Source of the DNA: a virus
Lineage: Duplodnaviria; Caudoviricetes
IMG/VR virus record: IMGVR_UViG_3300037104_000416
Span: 1 to 35,161 of that record
DNA: 35,161 nucleotides
Strand: one strand, 5' to 3'
Shown here: in pieces, positions 25,973 to 34,414 of the stretch
How positions within the stretch are numbered: position 1 is the stretch's first letter
Layout of the letters: each line of letters opens with the position of its first letter
Notes under the pieces: model-generated
What the model saw: the letters and a program-made list of their open reading frames with translations, nothing else
Database searches by the model: none
What the model was told of the DNA's origin: nothing
Position numbers and translations under genes: made by a program

Positions 25973-26544
25973 CGGGTGAGCCTCACAAGCTCGATGAGCT
26001 TGGACAGGACGAAGCGGGTCATCTTCAGGTCCCATGAGGCGTCGTGGGCGCCGGCGGTGTCCATCCCGAAGTGGCGGGCCAGGTCGGTGAGCTTCGCGTC
26101 GGAAAGGGGAACGTCCACGCCCATGTAGGCCAGCCATGCCAGTGTAGAGGACGGGTCCAGGGCCCCGAAGTGGAACCACGAGCCGAAGTAGTCGTCGTGG
26201 TGGTCCTTCCAGAGTACGCGCAGGAAGCGCATGTCGAAGTCCCGAACGTTGTACCCGCCGGCCATGAACTTGTCGTGGTGGTCGTACTTCTCCACGTACT
26301 GGCCGAAGATGTCCAGCAGGGCGTAGTACATCTCCCGCGGCGGGGGGAATCCCAGGAGCTGCCCGCGGCTGAAGTGGTTGATGTTCAGGGCCGAGTCGTC
26401 GATGGCCTTGCCCTCGCAGGAGGAGCGCAACTCTCCCTCGGCAACTTCCTGGCCGTCGATCTCCACGGCGTAGGACAGGCTGATGATGCCGTGGCGCGCA
26501 GGGTCGAGGCCGGAGGTCTCCAAATCTACCCAGAATACCTTCAT
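25969..26544 (-). CDS. DEDDh 3'-5' exonuclease (DnaQ-like)
   Basis: ExoI VDLETSGL, ExoII GYNVRDFD, ExoIII AHDASWD. Confidence 0.92.
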   Translation of the reverse strand: MKVFWVDLETSGLDPARHGIISLSYAVEIDGQEVAEGELRSSCEGKAIDDSALNINHFSRGQLLGFPPPREMYYALLDIFGQYVEKYDHHDKFMAGGYNVRDFDMRFLRVLWKDHHDDYFGSWFHFGALDPSSTLAWLAYMGVDVPLSDAKLTDLARHFGMDTAGAHDASWDLKMTRFVLSKLIELVRLTR

Positions 26545-26762
26545 CGCAGGTACTCCCCGATCATCTGGCTGACGCCCTTGGCCTTGGAAATGTCAACGCG
26601 CAACTCCACGGGATGGTTTCCTACCCACACCCTCTTGGCGAAGATTCCCTTCGCCTTCTTTCCCGTCTTGGCGATGAGGAGCATCACCGAAGCCTCCTCC
26701 CAGCTTTCCGCGGTCAGAGAGATGCTGAAGTGATGATCGTAGTCGTCGATCCTTGCCTTCAT
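26541..26762 (-). CDS. Hypothetical protein
   Basis: 73 aa from MKARIDDY; ATGA overlaps. Confidence 0.55.
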   Translation of the reverse strand: MKARIDDYDHHFSISLTAESWEEASVMLLIAKTGKKAKGIFAKRVWVGNHPVELRVDISKAKGVSQMIGEYLR

Positions 26763-27028
26763 CCCTGTGCCTCCTCCGTTTTCTCCCAGGCATCGCAGAC
26801 CCAACGGGACATGATATCGGTGCCCGGTCCTAACGTGCAACCCACGAGGTCGCACTTGTGATACACCCTCCCTGCGCAGTGCAGCATGTGATGCGAGCAC
26901 GTCGAGCAGCGCACCGCCTTGTCCGTCGAGGGCCGGTAGTTCAGCGGCCCCAGAATCCTCTGCATCGGCGACTGGTGGTGTCCCGCGTACTCCTTGCCCG
27001 TGTCTTCGTTGCCGAACAGGTCAGTCAT
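26759..27028 (-). CDS. Small Cys-rich (Zn-binding) hypothetical protein
   Basis: CSTC...KC...VCDAW; coupled start/stop. Confidence 0.65.
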   Translation of the reverse strand: MTDLFGNEDTGKEYAGHHQSPMQRILGPLNYRPSTDKAVRCSTCSHHMLHCAGRVYHKCDLVGCTLGPGTDIMSRWVCDAWEKTEEAQG

Positions 27029-27471
27029 GCGGGGTCCCTGCCGCTCCAGTACTTCTTGCCCTTCCAGTCGATCTTGGGGTCATACCCCGGCATCGGAAGC
27101 TCACCCCCGCAGCCGTAGCAGAACTTGGAACCCGTCAGGGCCTCCTCGATCAGGAGCTTCCTGCACCCCGGGCGCCAGAAGAACATCTTGTCGTCGTACT
27201 TCCCGCTCTCGTCGAACCCTCCCCTTCCTCCCACGGTCAGGCAGACCTTGAAGCATTTGCAGGTGGGCATCCAGTAGGTGAACTGCCCGAAGGCAAGGTC
27301 GACATCCAGCCGGCCGAACTGCGCCTTGCACTTCGGGCACGGCCCACCACGGGCCATCAATTCCCAGGCCATGGTGGTCTCTGAGCTCATCTCCGAGCTT
27401 GCCTTGTACAGCGCCTCCTCAAGATGCTCCTGCGTGATCCTCTGCTTGATTATTTCCATACCGCTCACCAA
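27025..27471 (-). CDS. Zn-finger hypothetical protein
   Basis: CPKC, CKC and CYGC motifs; directly downstream of the replication initiator. Confidence 0.65.
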   Translation of the reverse strand: MVSGMEIIKQRITQEHLEEALYKASSEMSSETTMAWELMARGGPCPKCKAQFGRLDVDLAFGQFTYWMPTCKCFKVCLTVGGRGGFDESGKYDDKMFFWRPGCRKLLIEEALTGSKFCYGCGGELPMPGYDPKIDWKGKKYWSGRDPA

Positions 27472-28412
27472 CTCCTCGGGGTGGCCTGGTTTCCCGTAGG
27501 CCGCCTCTGCTCCTCACGCTTCTGCTGCGCGTGCTCTTCCTCCACGACAGCGTTCCTCGCCGCCTGGAGGTACCCCTCGAACTTCGGGGAGAACAGTGTG
27601 CTCGGTCTCAGGTACTGCGCCATCTCGGGGTCCGACCGCCACTGCCCGACCTTGAAGTCGATCACCAGCAGGAAGTCCTCCACCACGAACCCCTCCGCTG
27701 CCCTCGCCTTCAGGAACCTCACCGTCTGATCGGTGTCCGCCTTGAACGCCGTCCCCGCTTTCTCGTTCAGCCGACCGACCACCTCTTTCATCCAACCCCT
27801 GTCCAACCCAGAAGAAGCTGGTGAGGAAGGCTCAACCCCTTCTTCTCCTACGTCTTCCGAGTTATCTTCTCTTTCTTTGAGTTCAGGAGAAGAGAGAGGA
27901 GAAGAGAGATTAGTATAGATTAAGGTGTCGCGAGGGCTCGTCGATGACTCGTCGAGCTTTCGACGATCATTCGTCGAATCATTGGTAATGGACTTTATCT
28001 GCTTTTTTGGATTCGACGAACGTTCGGCGATCAATCGTCGAGTCATCGGAGACAACTCGTAGAGGACTTCAATCGACTCGTCATCAAAAGAAGGCAGCAC
28101 GGAAGGGCTTGGCCTGTCTATCCTCTGGTACCTGAACCAATTGGGATGCATGAGATAACTGTAGTTCTCATCCCTGTAGGCAACAACCAGACCTGCTCTG
28201 GCAATCTGCTCAAGATCGGTATCGACCATCTTCTCGCTGAAGTTGTCGCACGGATGAACCCTGGCTCTGAAAAGAGGCAGTGACACCTTCACCCGTCCAT
28301 CGTCATCAGCTTGTGATATCAGGTAGATATAGAGCTTGAACTGAGAGTCCGTCAAAGCCATGACCTGCTGACTGTCCCAGATCCTGGGATCAATCATTCT
28401 CTTGCGGGCCAC
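27465..28412 (-). CDS. Phage replication initiator / replisome organiser
   Basis: N-terminal ARKRMIDPRIW...ADDDGR winged-helix-type domain; Ser-rich linker; C-terminal conserved phage domain (AR-x-x-EGF-x-x-EDF-x-x-VID-x-K...W...YLRPSTLF-x-x-KFEGYL). Confidence 0.85.
   Translation of the reverse strand: MARKRMIDPRIWDSQQVMALTDSQFKLYIYLISQADDDGRVKVSLPLFRARVHPCDNFSEKMVDTDLEQIARAGLVVAYRDENYSYLMHPNWFRYQRIDRPSPSVLPSFDDESIEVLYELSPMTRRLIAERSSNPKKQIKSITNDSTNDRRKLDESSTSPRDTLIYTNLSSPLSSPELKEREDNSEDVGEEGVEPSSPASSGLDRGWMKEVVGRLNEKAGTAFKADTDQTVRFLKARAAEGFVVEDFLLVIDFKVGQWRSDPEMAQYLRPSTLFSPKFEGYLQAARNAVVEEEHAQQKREEQRRPTGNQATPRSW
27860..28085. other. Putative replication origin inside the initiator gene
   Basis: Cluster of TCGTCGA/TCGACGA heptamers in both orientations (~27938-28051) next to a purine-skewed, AT-rich tract; lambda O-like arrangement. 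Confidence 0.55.
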
Positions 28413-28413
28413 G

Positions 28414-28605
28414 TCAGCGATCCGAAACTATGCCAGGCTTAACCCTTGTGTACTTCACCACGAGTTCATCGAGCTGCTTGAAAGCCTGCCCCCATACGGC
28501 GGCCTCAAGCTCCTCGTCGTCAGTCGCAGCCAACTGATCGTTTCGTGTTGATCTTTCTTCAAACCTCGCACGCAAAACCAGAAGTGCTTCCCATAGCGTC
28601 ATCAT
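28414..28605 (-). CDS. Hypothetical protein, first gene of the leftward operon
   Basis: 63 aa; RBS GGAGGT. Confidence 0.6.
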   Translation of the reverse strand: MMTLWEALLVLRARFEERSTRNDQLAATDDEELEAAVWGQAFKQLDELVVKYTRVKPGIVSDR

Positions 28606-28627
28606 GGTCTACCTCCACGTCACGCAC

Positions 28628-28657
28628 AGATTAAAACCACCTTCGCACCGTTGTCAA
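28628..28657 (-). promoter_or_regulatory. Leftward promoter
   Basis: TTGACA-N18-TAATCT just upstream of the RBS of 28414-28605. Confidence 0.6.
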
Positions 28658-28982
28658 GAAGAATCTTTCGAAATCGTCTCCCCTCCTGGTCACGTAACTC
28701 GCACACGGACGAGGGGAAGCAGGGAGAGGGTAGCCGCGCGCGCCCCGCCCAGCGGCCCCTGCCTCGCCCTGGGCGCGGGTCCTTCTGGGAGAATCGACGG
28801 GGGGAGGGGGCGTGCTCTTTTCTGTGCGTTCTGTGCGTGCTCTGGGGATTCTCCTTGACTCGTGCAACGTAACAGTAATTAGGTGATTATTGCCATAGGC
28901 AGACTATGTATGCGTGATAGCGCTCACTTGTCCATCATAGCGCACGCATCCACGAGCCAGCACGGGCGACGACGACCCAGTA

Positions 28983-29096
28983 TATCACTGTGATAGCATC
29001 ACTGTGCTATAGCAAGGTGTTACCCTGGCGTAACAGTAGACAGCCTATGTACTCTTGTGCTCTGGATTGTATCACTGCGATAGTATCAGTGTTCCA
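28983..29096. promoter_or_regulatory. Operator-like palindromic repeats
   Basis: TATCACTGTGATA (28983), CATCACTGTGCTA (28997), TATCACTGCGATA (29070) and degenerate TATCAGTGTTCCA (29084); two pairs, each with a 14-bp period. Confidence 0.55.
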
Positions 29097-29105
29097 CGTG
29101 AAACA
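29090..29105. promoter_or_regulatory. parS: parS centromere site (chromosomal type)
   Basis: TGTTCCACGTGAAACA matches the TGTTNCACGTGAAACA consensus exactly and is intergenic. Confidence 0.8.
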
Positions 29106-29187
29106 TGACAGTGAAACACTACACATCCGTTAGGTAACGCCCGTTTCAAAAATCGTCAGCTATTTGTCAGATTATTGACAATAGTGC

Positions 29188-29216
29188 TTGACATATACCC
29201 GAGTGTATGCGATTAT
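29188..29216 (+). promoter_or_regulatory. Rightward early promoter
   Basis: TTGACA-N17-GATTAT with a TGn extension; preceded by the inverted repeat TTGTCA-N6-TGACAA. Confidence 0.65.
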
Positions 29217-29236
29217 GTAGTCATGGAGGATGAGAG

Positions 29237-29458
29237 ATGACAATACATGATGCGAAGAGTCTGAAAGCCGGTGATTACATTCACCATCTGACAAAGAAGA
29301 ATGCCGACAAAACGCCGATGAGGGCGCGCGTTACTTCCGTAAAAACGTGGAAGACACGCCCGGATGAAATCCTCATCGGATACAAGCACGGCATGTATGA
29401 CACCGGCAAAATCAACCAGAATGAGCTTTCTTATTTTGGCATCGGGTACGGATCATGA
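29237..29458 (+). CDS. Early hypothetical protein (SH3-like beta pattern)
   Basis: 73 aa; RBS GGAGGATG. Confidence 0.7.
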   Translation: MTIHDAKSLKAGDYIHHLTKKNADKTPMRARVTSVKTWKTRPDEILIGYKHGMYDTGKINQNELSYFGIGYGS

Positions 29459-29685
29459 ATACAACATTCTGGATGGGCGACACGATGGTGACGGTGAAGG
29501 CGCGGGACGATGCGGAGATCGTCAAGGCACTGCGGGAGATCGTGAACGTGGATACACCGGAGCTGGAGCATATCGAACCGCTTCCCGTTGACGTGTACTG
29601 CGTCCAGATCAGTGACGCACAGATAGCATTCATCCGGGCACTGATTGCCAAGAAGCCGGAGAAGTACGCTCCGCTTCTGGTGTAG
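29455..29685 (+). CDS. Early hypothetical protein
   Basis: 76 aa; ATGA overlap. Confidence 0.65.
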   Translation: MNTTFWMGDTMVTVKARDDAEIVKALREIVNVDTPELEHIEPLPVDVYCVQISDAQIAFIRALIAKKPEKYAPLLV

Positions 29686-29751
29686 GCCGAAACGGCCGGG
29701 CGCTCCCCGCGCGCCGGGCCGTCACTGGATGTTATCCAGTCTGATGAGGCC
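29685..29751 (+). ncRNA. Type II hammerhead ribozyme
   Basis: GGCC-GAAA-CGGCC[hairpin]GGCCG-TC-ACTGGAT-GTT-ATCCAGT-CTGATGA-GGCC. Full core (CUGAUGA, GAAA, GUC); stems I and III closed, stem II open; predicted cleavage after C29723. Confidence 0.9.
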
Positions 29752-29769
29752 GAGAGTACGGAGGATGAT

Positions 29770-30138
29770 ATGGCAAAGGCAACGGATCGTGTTTACGAAG
29801 GCGCGGAGATCATGGACAGCCGCGACGTGATCGAGAAAATCGAAGAGCTGGAAGCCCTGGAAGCCGAAGCGACCACCGAGGAACCAGATGAACTGACAAA
29901 GCTCCGGGAAATGGCAAAAGACGGGGAAGGCTCCCCGGACTGGCCGCATGGAGAGACTTTGATCCTTGACAGCTACTTCGAGCAGTACGCGCAAGATCTG
30001 GCCGAAGATATCGGCGCCGTCCAGAAAGACGCGACCTGGCCGAATCAGTACATAGACTGGGAAGCCGCGGCCGACGCTCTCAAGCAGGATTACATGCGCG
30101 TGACCTACGGAGAGACGGAGTATTGGATCCGGGCATAG
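29770..30138 (+). CDS. ArdA-like antirestriction (DNA-mimic) protein
   Basis: 122 aa, highly acidic; YAQDLAEDIG...YIDWEAAADAL-x-x-DY resembles the ArdA C-terminal domain; located in the early region. Confidence 0.65.
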   Translation: MAKATDRVYEGAEIMDSRDVIEKIEELEALEAEATTEEPDELTKLREMAKDGEGSPDWPHGETLILDSYFEQYAQDLAEDIGAVQKDATWPNQYIDWEAAADALKQDYMRVTYGETEYWIRA

Positions 30139-30242
30139 ATGAGCCTTTCGGCTCATGGGCCGGGAGAGTGCGGGGAGCTTCACAACTCCCCCCGGCCAGG
30201 AGGGTACCAACATGAAACGCCCGGAGAAAGCCGGGCAAGCGC

Positions 30243-30317
30243 GCCGAGTCTCCGGGCAGACTGAGCGGAGATCGGCCAGAGCTGCGGGCGGGAGAAGCCG
30301 CCGAGCACACGGAGGAT
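30243..30317 (+). ncRNA. Two-hairpin structured element, copy 1
   Basis: GCCGA-G-TCTCCG-[GGCAGACTGAG]-CGGAGA-TCGGC, then GCT-GCG-GGCGG-N6-CCGCC-G-AGC, then RBS ACGGAGGAT. Confidence 0.6.
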
Positions 30318-30323
30318 AGGCAA

Positions 30324-30530
30324 ATGATGGTGTTTGTCTGGAAAGCTCTTGACCACGTATCGGATCGCTACCACGAAAACGGCGGGTTGGTAGTGTTCGC
30401 TTCGAGCCTTGAAAGAGCAATCGCCATTGCTTCCGAAAAAGGAGCGATTGCAAATGACAAGCCCGATGAGGTAAGAAAAACCCAAGGGCAGGAAGCCGTC
30501 TACATCATGGAAAACGCGGGGTGTTGCTGA
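30324..30530 (+). CDS. Early hypothetical protein
   Basis: 68 aa ending AGCC; RBS GGAGGA. Confidence 0.7.
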   Translation: MMVFVWKALDHVSDRYHENGGLVVFASSLERAIAIASEKGAIANDKPDEVRKTQGQEAVYIMENAGCC

Positions 30531-30546
30531 ATAGACAGGGGACCGA

Positions 30547-30621
30547 GCACGTCCCGGCGGCAGACTGAGGCCGGGCGTGCCATCGAGCGCGGACACTACA
30601 GGGTGTCGGCTCACGGAGGAT
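30547..30621 (+). ncRNA. Two-hairpin structured element, copy 2
   Basis: GCACG-T-CCCGGC-[GGCAGACTGAG]-GCCGGG-CGTGC, then GAGC-GCG-GACAC-N6-GTGTC-G-GCTC, then RBS ACGGAGGAT. Confidence 0.6.
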
Positions 30622-30717
30622 GGCAATGGATGCAGTGAAGTGGCAAGCCGAGTGGCAGGCAGGCATGGAGCGGGGGCTGGCATGGTGATGTACAATGCCC
30701 TCCCAAAGGGGGAGACC

Positions 30718-31002
30718 ATGCAGAGATGGATAGTCGTCCTGGTGCTGGTGATGCTCATATCGGCCACACTTGCCGGCGCGGAACCGGTGCTCAAATTCGT
30801 CGTTAGCGGTGGCGAGACCTACCTAATTTCGCCCGCGTATGTAACCGCTGTTCTTCTTACCGCGAAAGAGTCCGCAGCCAAGCGCGTCACGGTCTACTTC
30901 GAGGCCATCGCTGGACCAGTAGTGGTCATGGACTTCAACTCCTGGGACGACGCAGTCAAGTGCTTCAATCAGATTGAGCAAGCCCTGAAGCAGCTCAAGT
31001 GA
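30718..31002 (+). CDS. Secreted/periplasmic small protein
   Basis: Signal peptide MQRWIVVLVLVMLISATLAGA; RBS AAGGGGGAG. Confidence 0.65.
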   Translation: MQRWIVVLVLVMLISATLAGAEPVLKFVVSGGETYLISPAYVTAVLLTAKESAAKRVTVYFEAIAGPVVVMDFNSWDDAVKCFNQIEQALKQLK

Positions 31003-31068
31003 TCCACTTGGCGCCGGGGCGCCCGCTGGGCAGCGGTTCTACGACGAGCAGAGAAAGGGGAGGCTGGG

Positions 31069-31311
31069 ATGAGCAGAATGACCACGATTTCGGGAGAGCA
31101 GAGGCTTGTCGATTTCGCAAAGAAGGCCGCCGAGTACATGGGAAATGACTCCCGTGTTCATACGTTCGGAGATGTCGAACCCGGCACGTTCCTTGCAATC
31201 CGGTGGGGGCTCGGAGACGACTGCCTCATGGTGGTGAAGCTCGACGAGGACTTCCAGCCGATCAACTTTCAACAGGCGATCCCGCGAGGGAAGGAGCCGG
31301 GCAATGACTGA
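31069..31311 (+). CDS. Hypothetical protein
   Basis: 80 aa; RBS GGGAGG. Confidence 0.65.
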   Translation: MSRMTTISGEQRLVDFAKKAAEYMGNDSRVHTFGDVEPGTFLAIRWGLGDDCLMVVKLDEDFQPINFQQAIPRGKEPGND

Positions 31312-31482
31312 GCGCTGGTGCGCGTGGCACAAGCCGGCCCCGATCATGTTCGCGCACTACGGGGACGGGAGGAAGAAGGTCAGCCGGACGCACGGGATAT
31401 GCCCGAAGTGCCTCCCGCGCGTCCTGGCAGAGTTGAACGAAAGAGCCCGGAAGGGGCACTACTACGAGGAGGATGGGAAGAA

Positions 31483-31486
<4 letters not shown>
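31304..31486 (+). CDS. Small Zn-binding hypothetical protein
   Basis: CAWH...THGICPKC motif. Confidence 0.7.
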
Positions 31487-32147
<661 letters not shown>

Positions 32148-32151
<4 letters not shown>

Positions 32152-33014
32152 GTAGCTTGGCCATCGTGCGCCCGGAGGCCGGGATTGCCCCCCCGGCCCT
32201 CCTGGAAGTCAGCGGACGAAGCGTGGAGACGACCACGCACTACCTGCGGGCAGCCGCGGCGTGGATCGCCTGGGCGAAGGGCCGGCCGTTGACCGCGCAC
32301 CTGTTCGCGGCATGGATCGACGCCGAGCGCCGGAAGGGCGTGAGCACGGCAAAGCTGCGCGTGGAACTGTTCGGCGTGAAGGCAGCCATCATGCAGGCAG
32401 CCGAGAAGGCCGGTATGAGCGCGCGCGAGCTCGCCGGCATGAAGGCGGCGCTGGACTCCATCCCGATCCCGAAGATCCAGAAGGTACCGGACATCGCGGT
32501 CCTGGATGGCCGGGAGCGCCATGCCCTGATCGCAGCTCTTTCCCCCCGCATGAGCCTTGTCGTGCGTTTCCTGTACGCCACCGCGGCCCGCGTCAGCGAG
32601 GCCATCGGCGTCCGGGAGACCGATATCAAGGTCATGGAGAAGTCTGCGCGCGTGCGGCTCCAGGGCAAGGGCAGGAAGGAGCGCACCGTCACGATCCCGC
32701 TGGACCTGCTGGTGGAGATCAACGCGGAGTTCCACAGTCTGCGGCGCGTGTTCCTCTTCGAGGGCAGGCCGGGCAAAGCGTACTGCCGCAGCCATATCAG
32801 CCGGGCCATCGGGGAGTGCGCGAAGGCCGAGATCGGAAGGCAGATCGGCGCCCACGTCTTGCGGCACAGCCGGGCCACGGACCTGTACGGGAAGAGCCAT
32901 AACCTCAAGGGCGTGTCTGACCTCCTGGGACACGCGGACATCTCGACAACCGCCCGCTACTACGTGCGTTCCACGTTGAGCGAGGACGATCTCTGGAAGG
33001 GAGAACAAATATGA
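32148..33014 (+). CDS. Tyrosine recombinase (XerC/D-like)
   Basis: Catalytic R (TAARVSE), K (GKGRKER), H-x-x-R (HVLRH), and H and Y (LGHADISTTARYY); about 288 aa with no obvious arm-binding domain. Confidence 0.92.
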
Positions 33015-33178
33015 GCGGAATGGATAGGTACAACGAAGACCCGACGTTTCATGTACTGGTGGACATGATCTATGCCGAGTATGAGCGGCTTCGTTACACG
33101 CCGTCAGAGATCAGGGATGCGGCAATGGTTGCTGCCATACGCTTCGAGATGATGCACATCCGGGAGCCTCGCGTATGA
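33011..33178 (+). CDS. Small hypothetical protein (55 aa)
   Basis: Read manually: MSGMDRYNEDPTFHVLVDMIY...YTPSEIRDAAMVAAIRFEM; ATGA overlap. Confidence 0.6.
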   Translation: MSGMDRYNEDPTFHVLVDMIYAEYERLRYTPSEIRDAAMVAAIRFEMMHIREPRV

Positions 33179-33339
33179 GAACCCCCACGAAGGCGCAGAT
33201 CCGGGCCAGCAGGCGCAACGGGAGGAAGCCAGTCAAGGAGGGAAGCCGGCCCCGCGGTCGCCCCCGGGGGCCTCAGCCGTGGCTGGAGCTGGGCATCACC
33301 AGGCAGGCGTGGTACGCGAGGAAGGAGAGGAAAACATAG
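33175..33339 (+). CDS. Small basic DNA-binding protein (AT-hook-like plus short HTH)
   Basis: Read manually, 54 aa: ...RPRGRPRGPQPWLELGITRQAWYARK... Confidence 0.6.
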   Translation: MRTPTKAQIRASRRNGRKPVKEGSRPRGRPRGPQPWLELGITRQAWYARKERKT

Positions 33340-33374
33340 CCAGTGGAGATTTTTGGGCACTATTGATTCTGGAT

Positions 33375-33402
33375 AGCCCTACGCGCGTCGTGGGGCTTTT
33401 TC
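33375..33402 (+). terminator. Rho-independent terminator of the early operon
   Basis: AGCCCTACG-CGCGT-CGTGGGGCT followed by a T run, between convergent operons. Confidence 0.7.
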
Positions 33403-33479
33403 ATTTCAGGTCGATATTGGGCTTCAAAGTGTGTCGTTTCGTTGAGCCTTGATAAGCCACGCTAAGGACAGGTGCCTTC

Positions 33480-33893
33480 CTACCGGACCTCGACGAAATT
33501 GATGTCCGGGTACTTGGTGAACAGCATCTGGAGCTTGGCACGGTAGAGGGGGGTGGAGACACCCTTAACGTCCTCTACCACCAGCTCCCCGAAGATGTGC
33601 GGACCCGTGGCCTTGGGGACAGTCCAGTAGCGGAAGTCGGCGACGTACTTCAGCCCGCGGAAACGCCTGCCCTTGTATACAAAAGGATACACCAGCACGT
33701 ACTCCGGCTGGAGCTCGATGTCCCGGATCTCCCCCGCCTTCTCCCTCCACTTCAGCTCCTGGTAGCGCCTCATCTCGGCCTTGGAGTCGAAGACGATGCC
33801 GTCCATCGTGCGGTCGGCCTTCTTCGCAACCCCGTACTTGGAGCGCACCACGTCGGACCCGCCGTACCTGTCTCTCGCGCTGATGCCCTTCAT
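33480..33893 (-). CDS. DUF1064-family PD-(D/E)XK nuclease-like protein
   Basis: SKYG...DGIVFDSKAEMRRYQEL...LQPEY...YVADFRY...VEDVKG; start MKGIS at 33893. Confidence 0.88.
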   Translation of the reverse strand: MKGISARDRYGGSDVVRSKYGVAKKADRTMDGIVFDSKAEMRRYQELKWREKAGEIRDIELQPEYVLVYPFVYKGRRFRGLKYVADFRYWTVPKATGPHIFGELVVEDVKGVSTPLYRAKLQMLFTKYPDINFVEVR

Positions 33894-34045
33894 TCGGGAG
33901 TCCATTTGTCCAGCATCTCGATGACCCGTGTTGCCACTTCGGGGTGGCAGATCACCGCGATCATTCCCTGCATTTCGGCAACCGTCTTTCCCTGCTGATG
34001 CCACGCCTTGAATGTCGCCTTCCAGTTCTCCCGTGCGTCGATCAC
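33890..34045 (-). CDS. Small hypothetical protein (~51 aa)
   Basis: Read manually: (M)IDARENWKATFKAWHQQGK...; overlapping start/stop with both neighbours; RBS GGAGGG. Confidence 0.5.
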   Translation of the reverse strand: MIDARENWKATFKAWHQQGKTVAEMQGMIAVICHPEVATRVIEMLDKWTPE

Positions 34046-34353
34046 CACGCCCTCCATCTCTGCACTCTGTCAATGTCCCTCGCGTGCGGCTTCGGAAGGT
34101 ACTCGATGGGGATCCCCGACGAGGAGTGGAAGCGGTACGTCATCCTCCCGCCGGCCAGCTCGATGCACAGGTGCGCCCGCAGCTTCATCGGCAGCTCCCC
34201 GTTCATGGGCGGGACCACGACCTCAACCATGTCTTTCGAGATCGCCTTCCTGGACATGCTGAACTCCGCGGCCTCCCGCCAGTCGTCGAAGTCATAGACG
34301 GTCCCGGAGAGCGGTCCCCCGTCCCCCTTGATGCGGCCGATGTTCCTCTTCAC
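34042..34353 (-). CDS. Hypothetical protein
   Basis: 103 aa; RBS AGGAGG. Confidence 0.6.
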   Translation of the reverse strand: MKRNIGRIKGDGGPLSGTVYDFDDWREAAEFSMSRKAISKDMVEVVVPPMNGELPMKLRAHLCIELAGGRMTYRFHSSSGIPIEYLPKPHARDIDRVQRWRAW

Positions 34354-34414
34354 TTCATCCTCCTAACAAGTAGAGCCGGGAAAGGCGTGCAGTTGGTTTC
34401 TGCTTTGTTTTTGC

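Noticed and set aside
164-28000. Numerous long plus-strand ORFs (e.g. 8411-10333, 15451-16590, 16730-17869)
   Set aside because: Antisense shadows of GC-rich minus-strand genes, with no RBS or recognisable motifs.
30212-30319. 35-aa ORF MKRPEKAG...
   Set aside because: It has an RBS but runs through the structured element and has low-complexity Arg/Ala/Gly content; unsupported as a protein.
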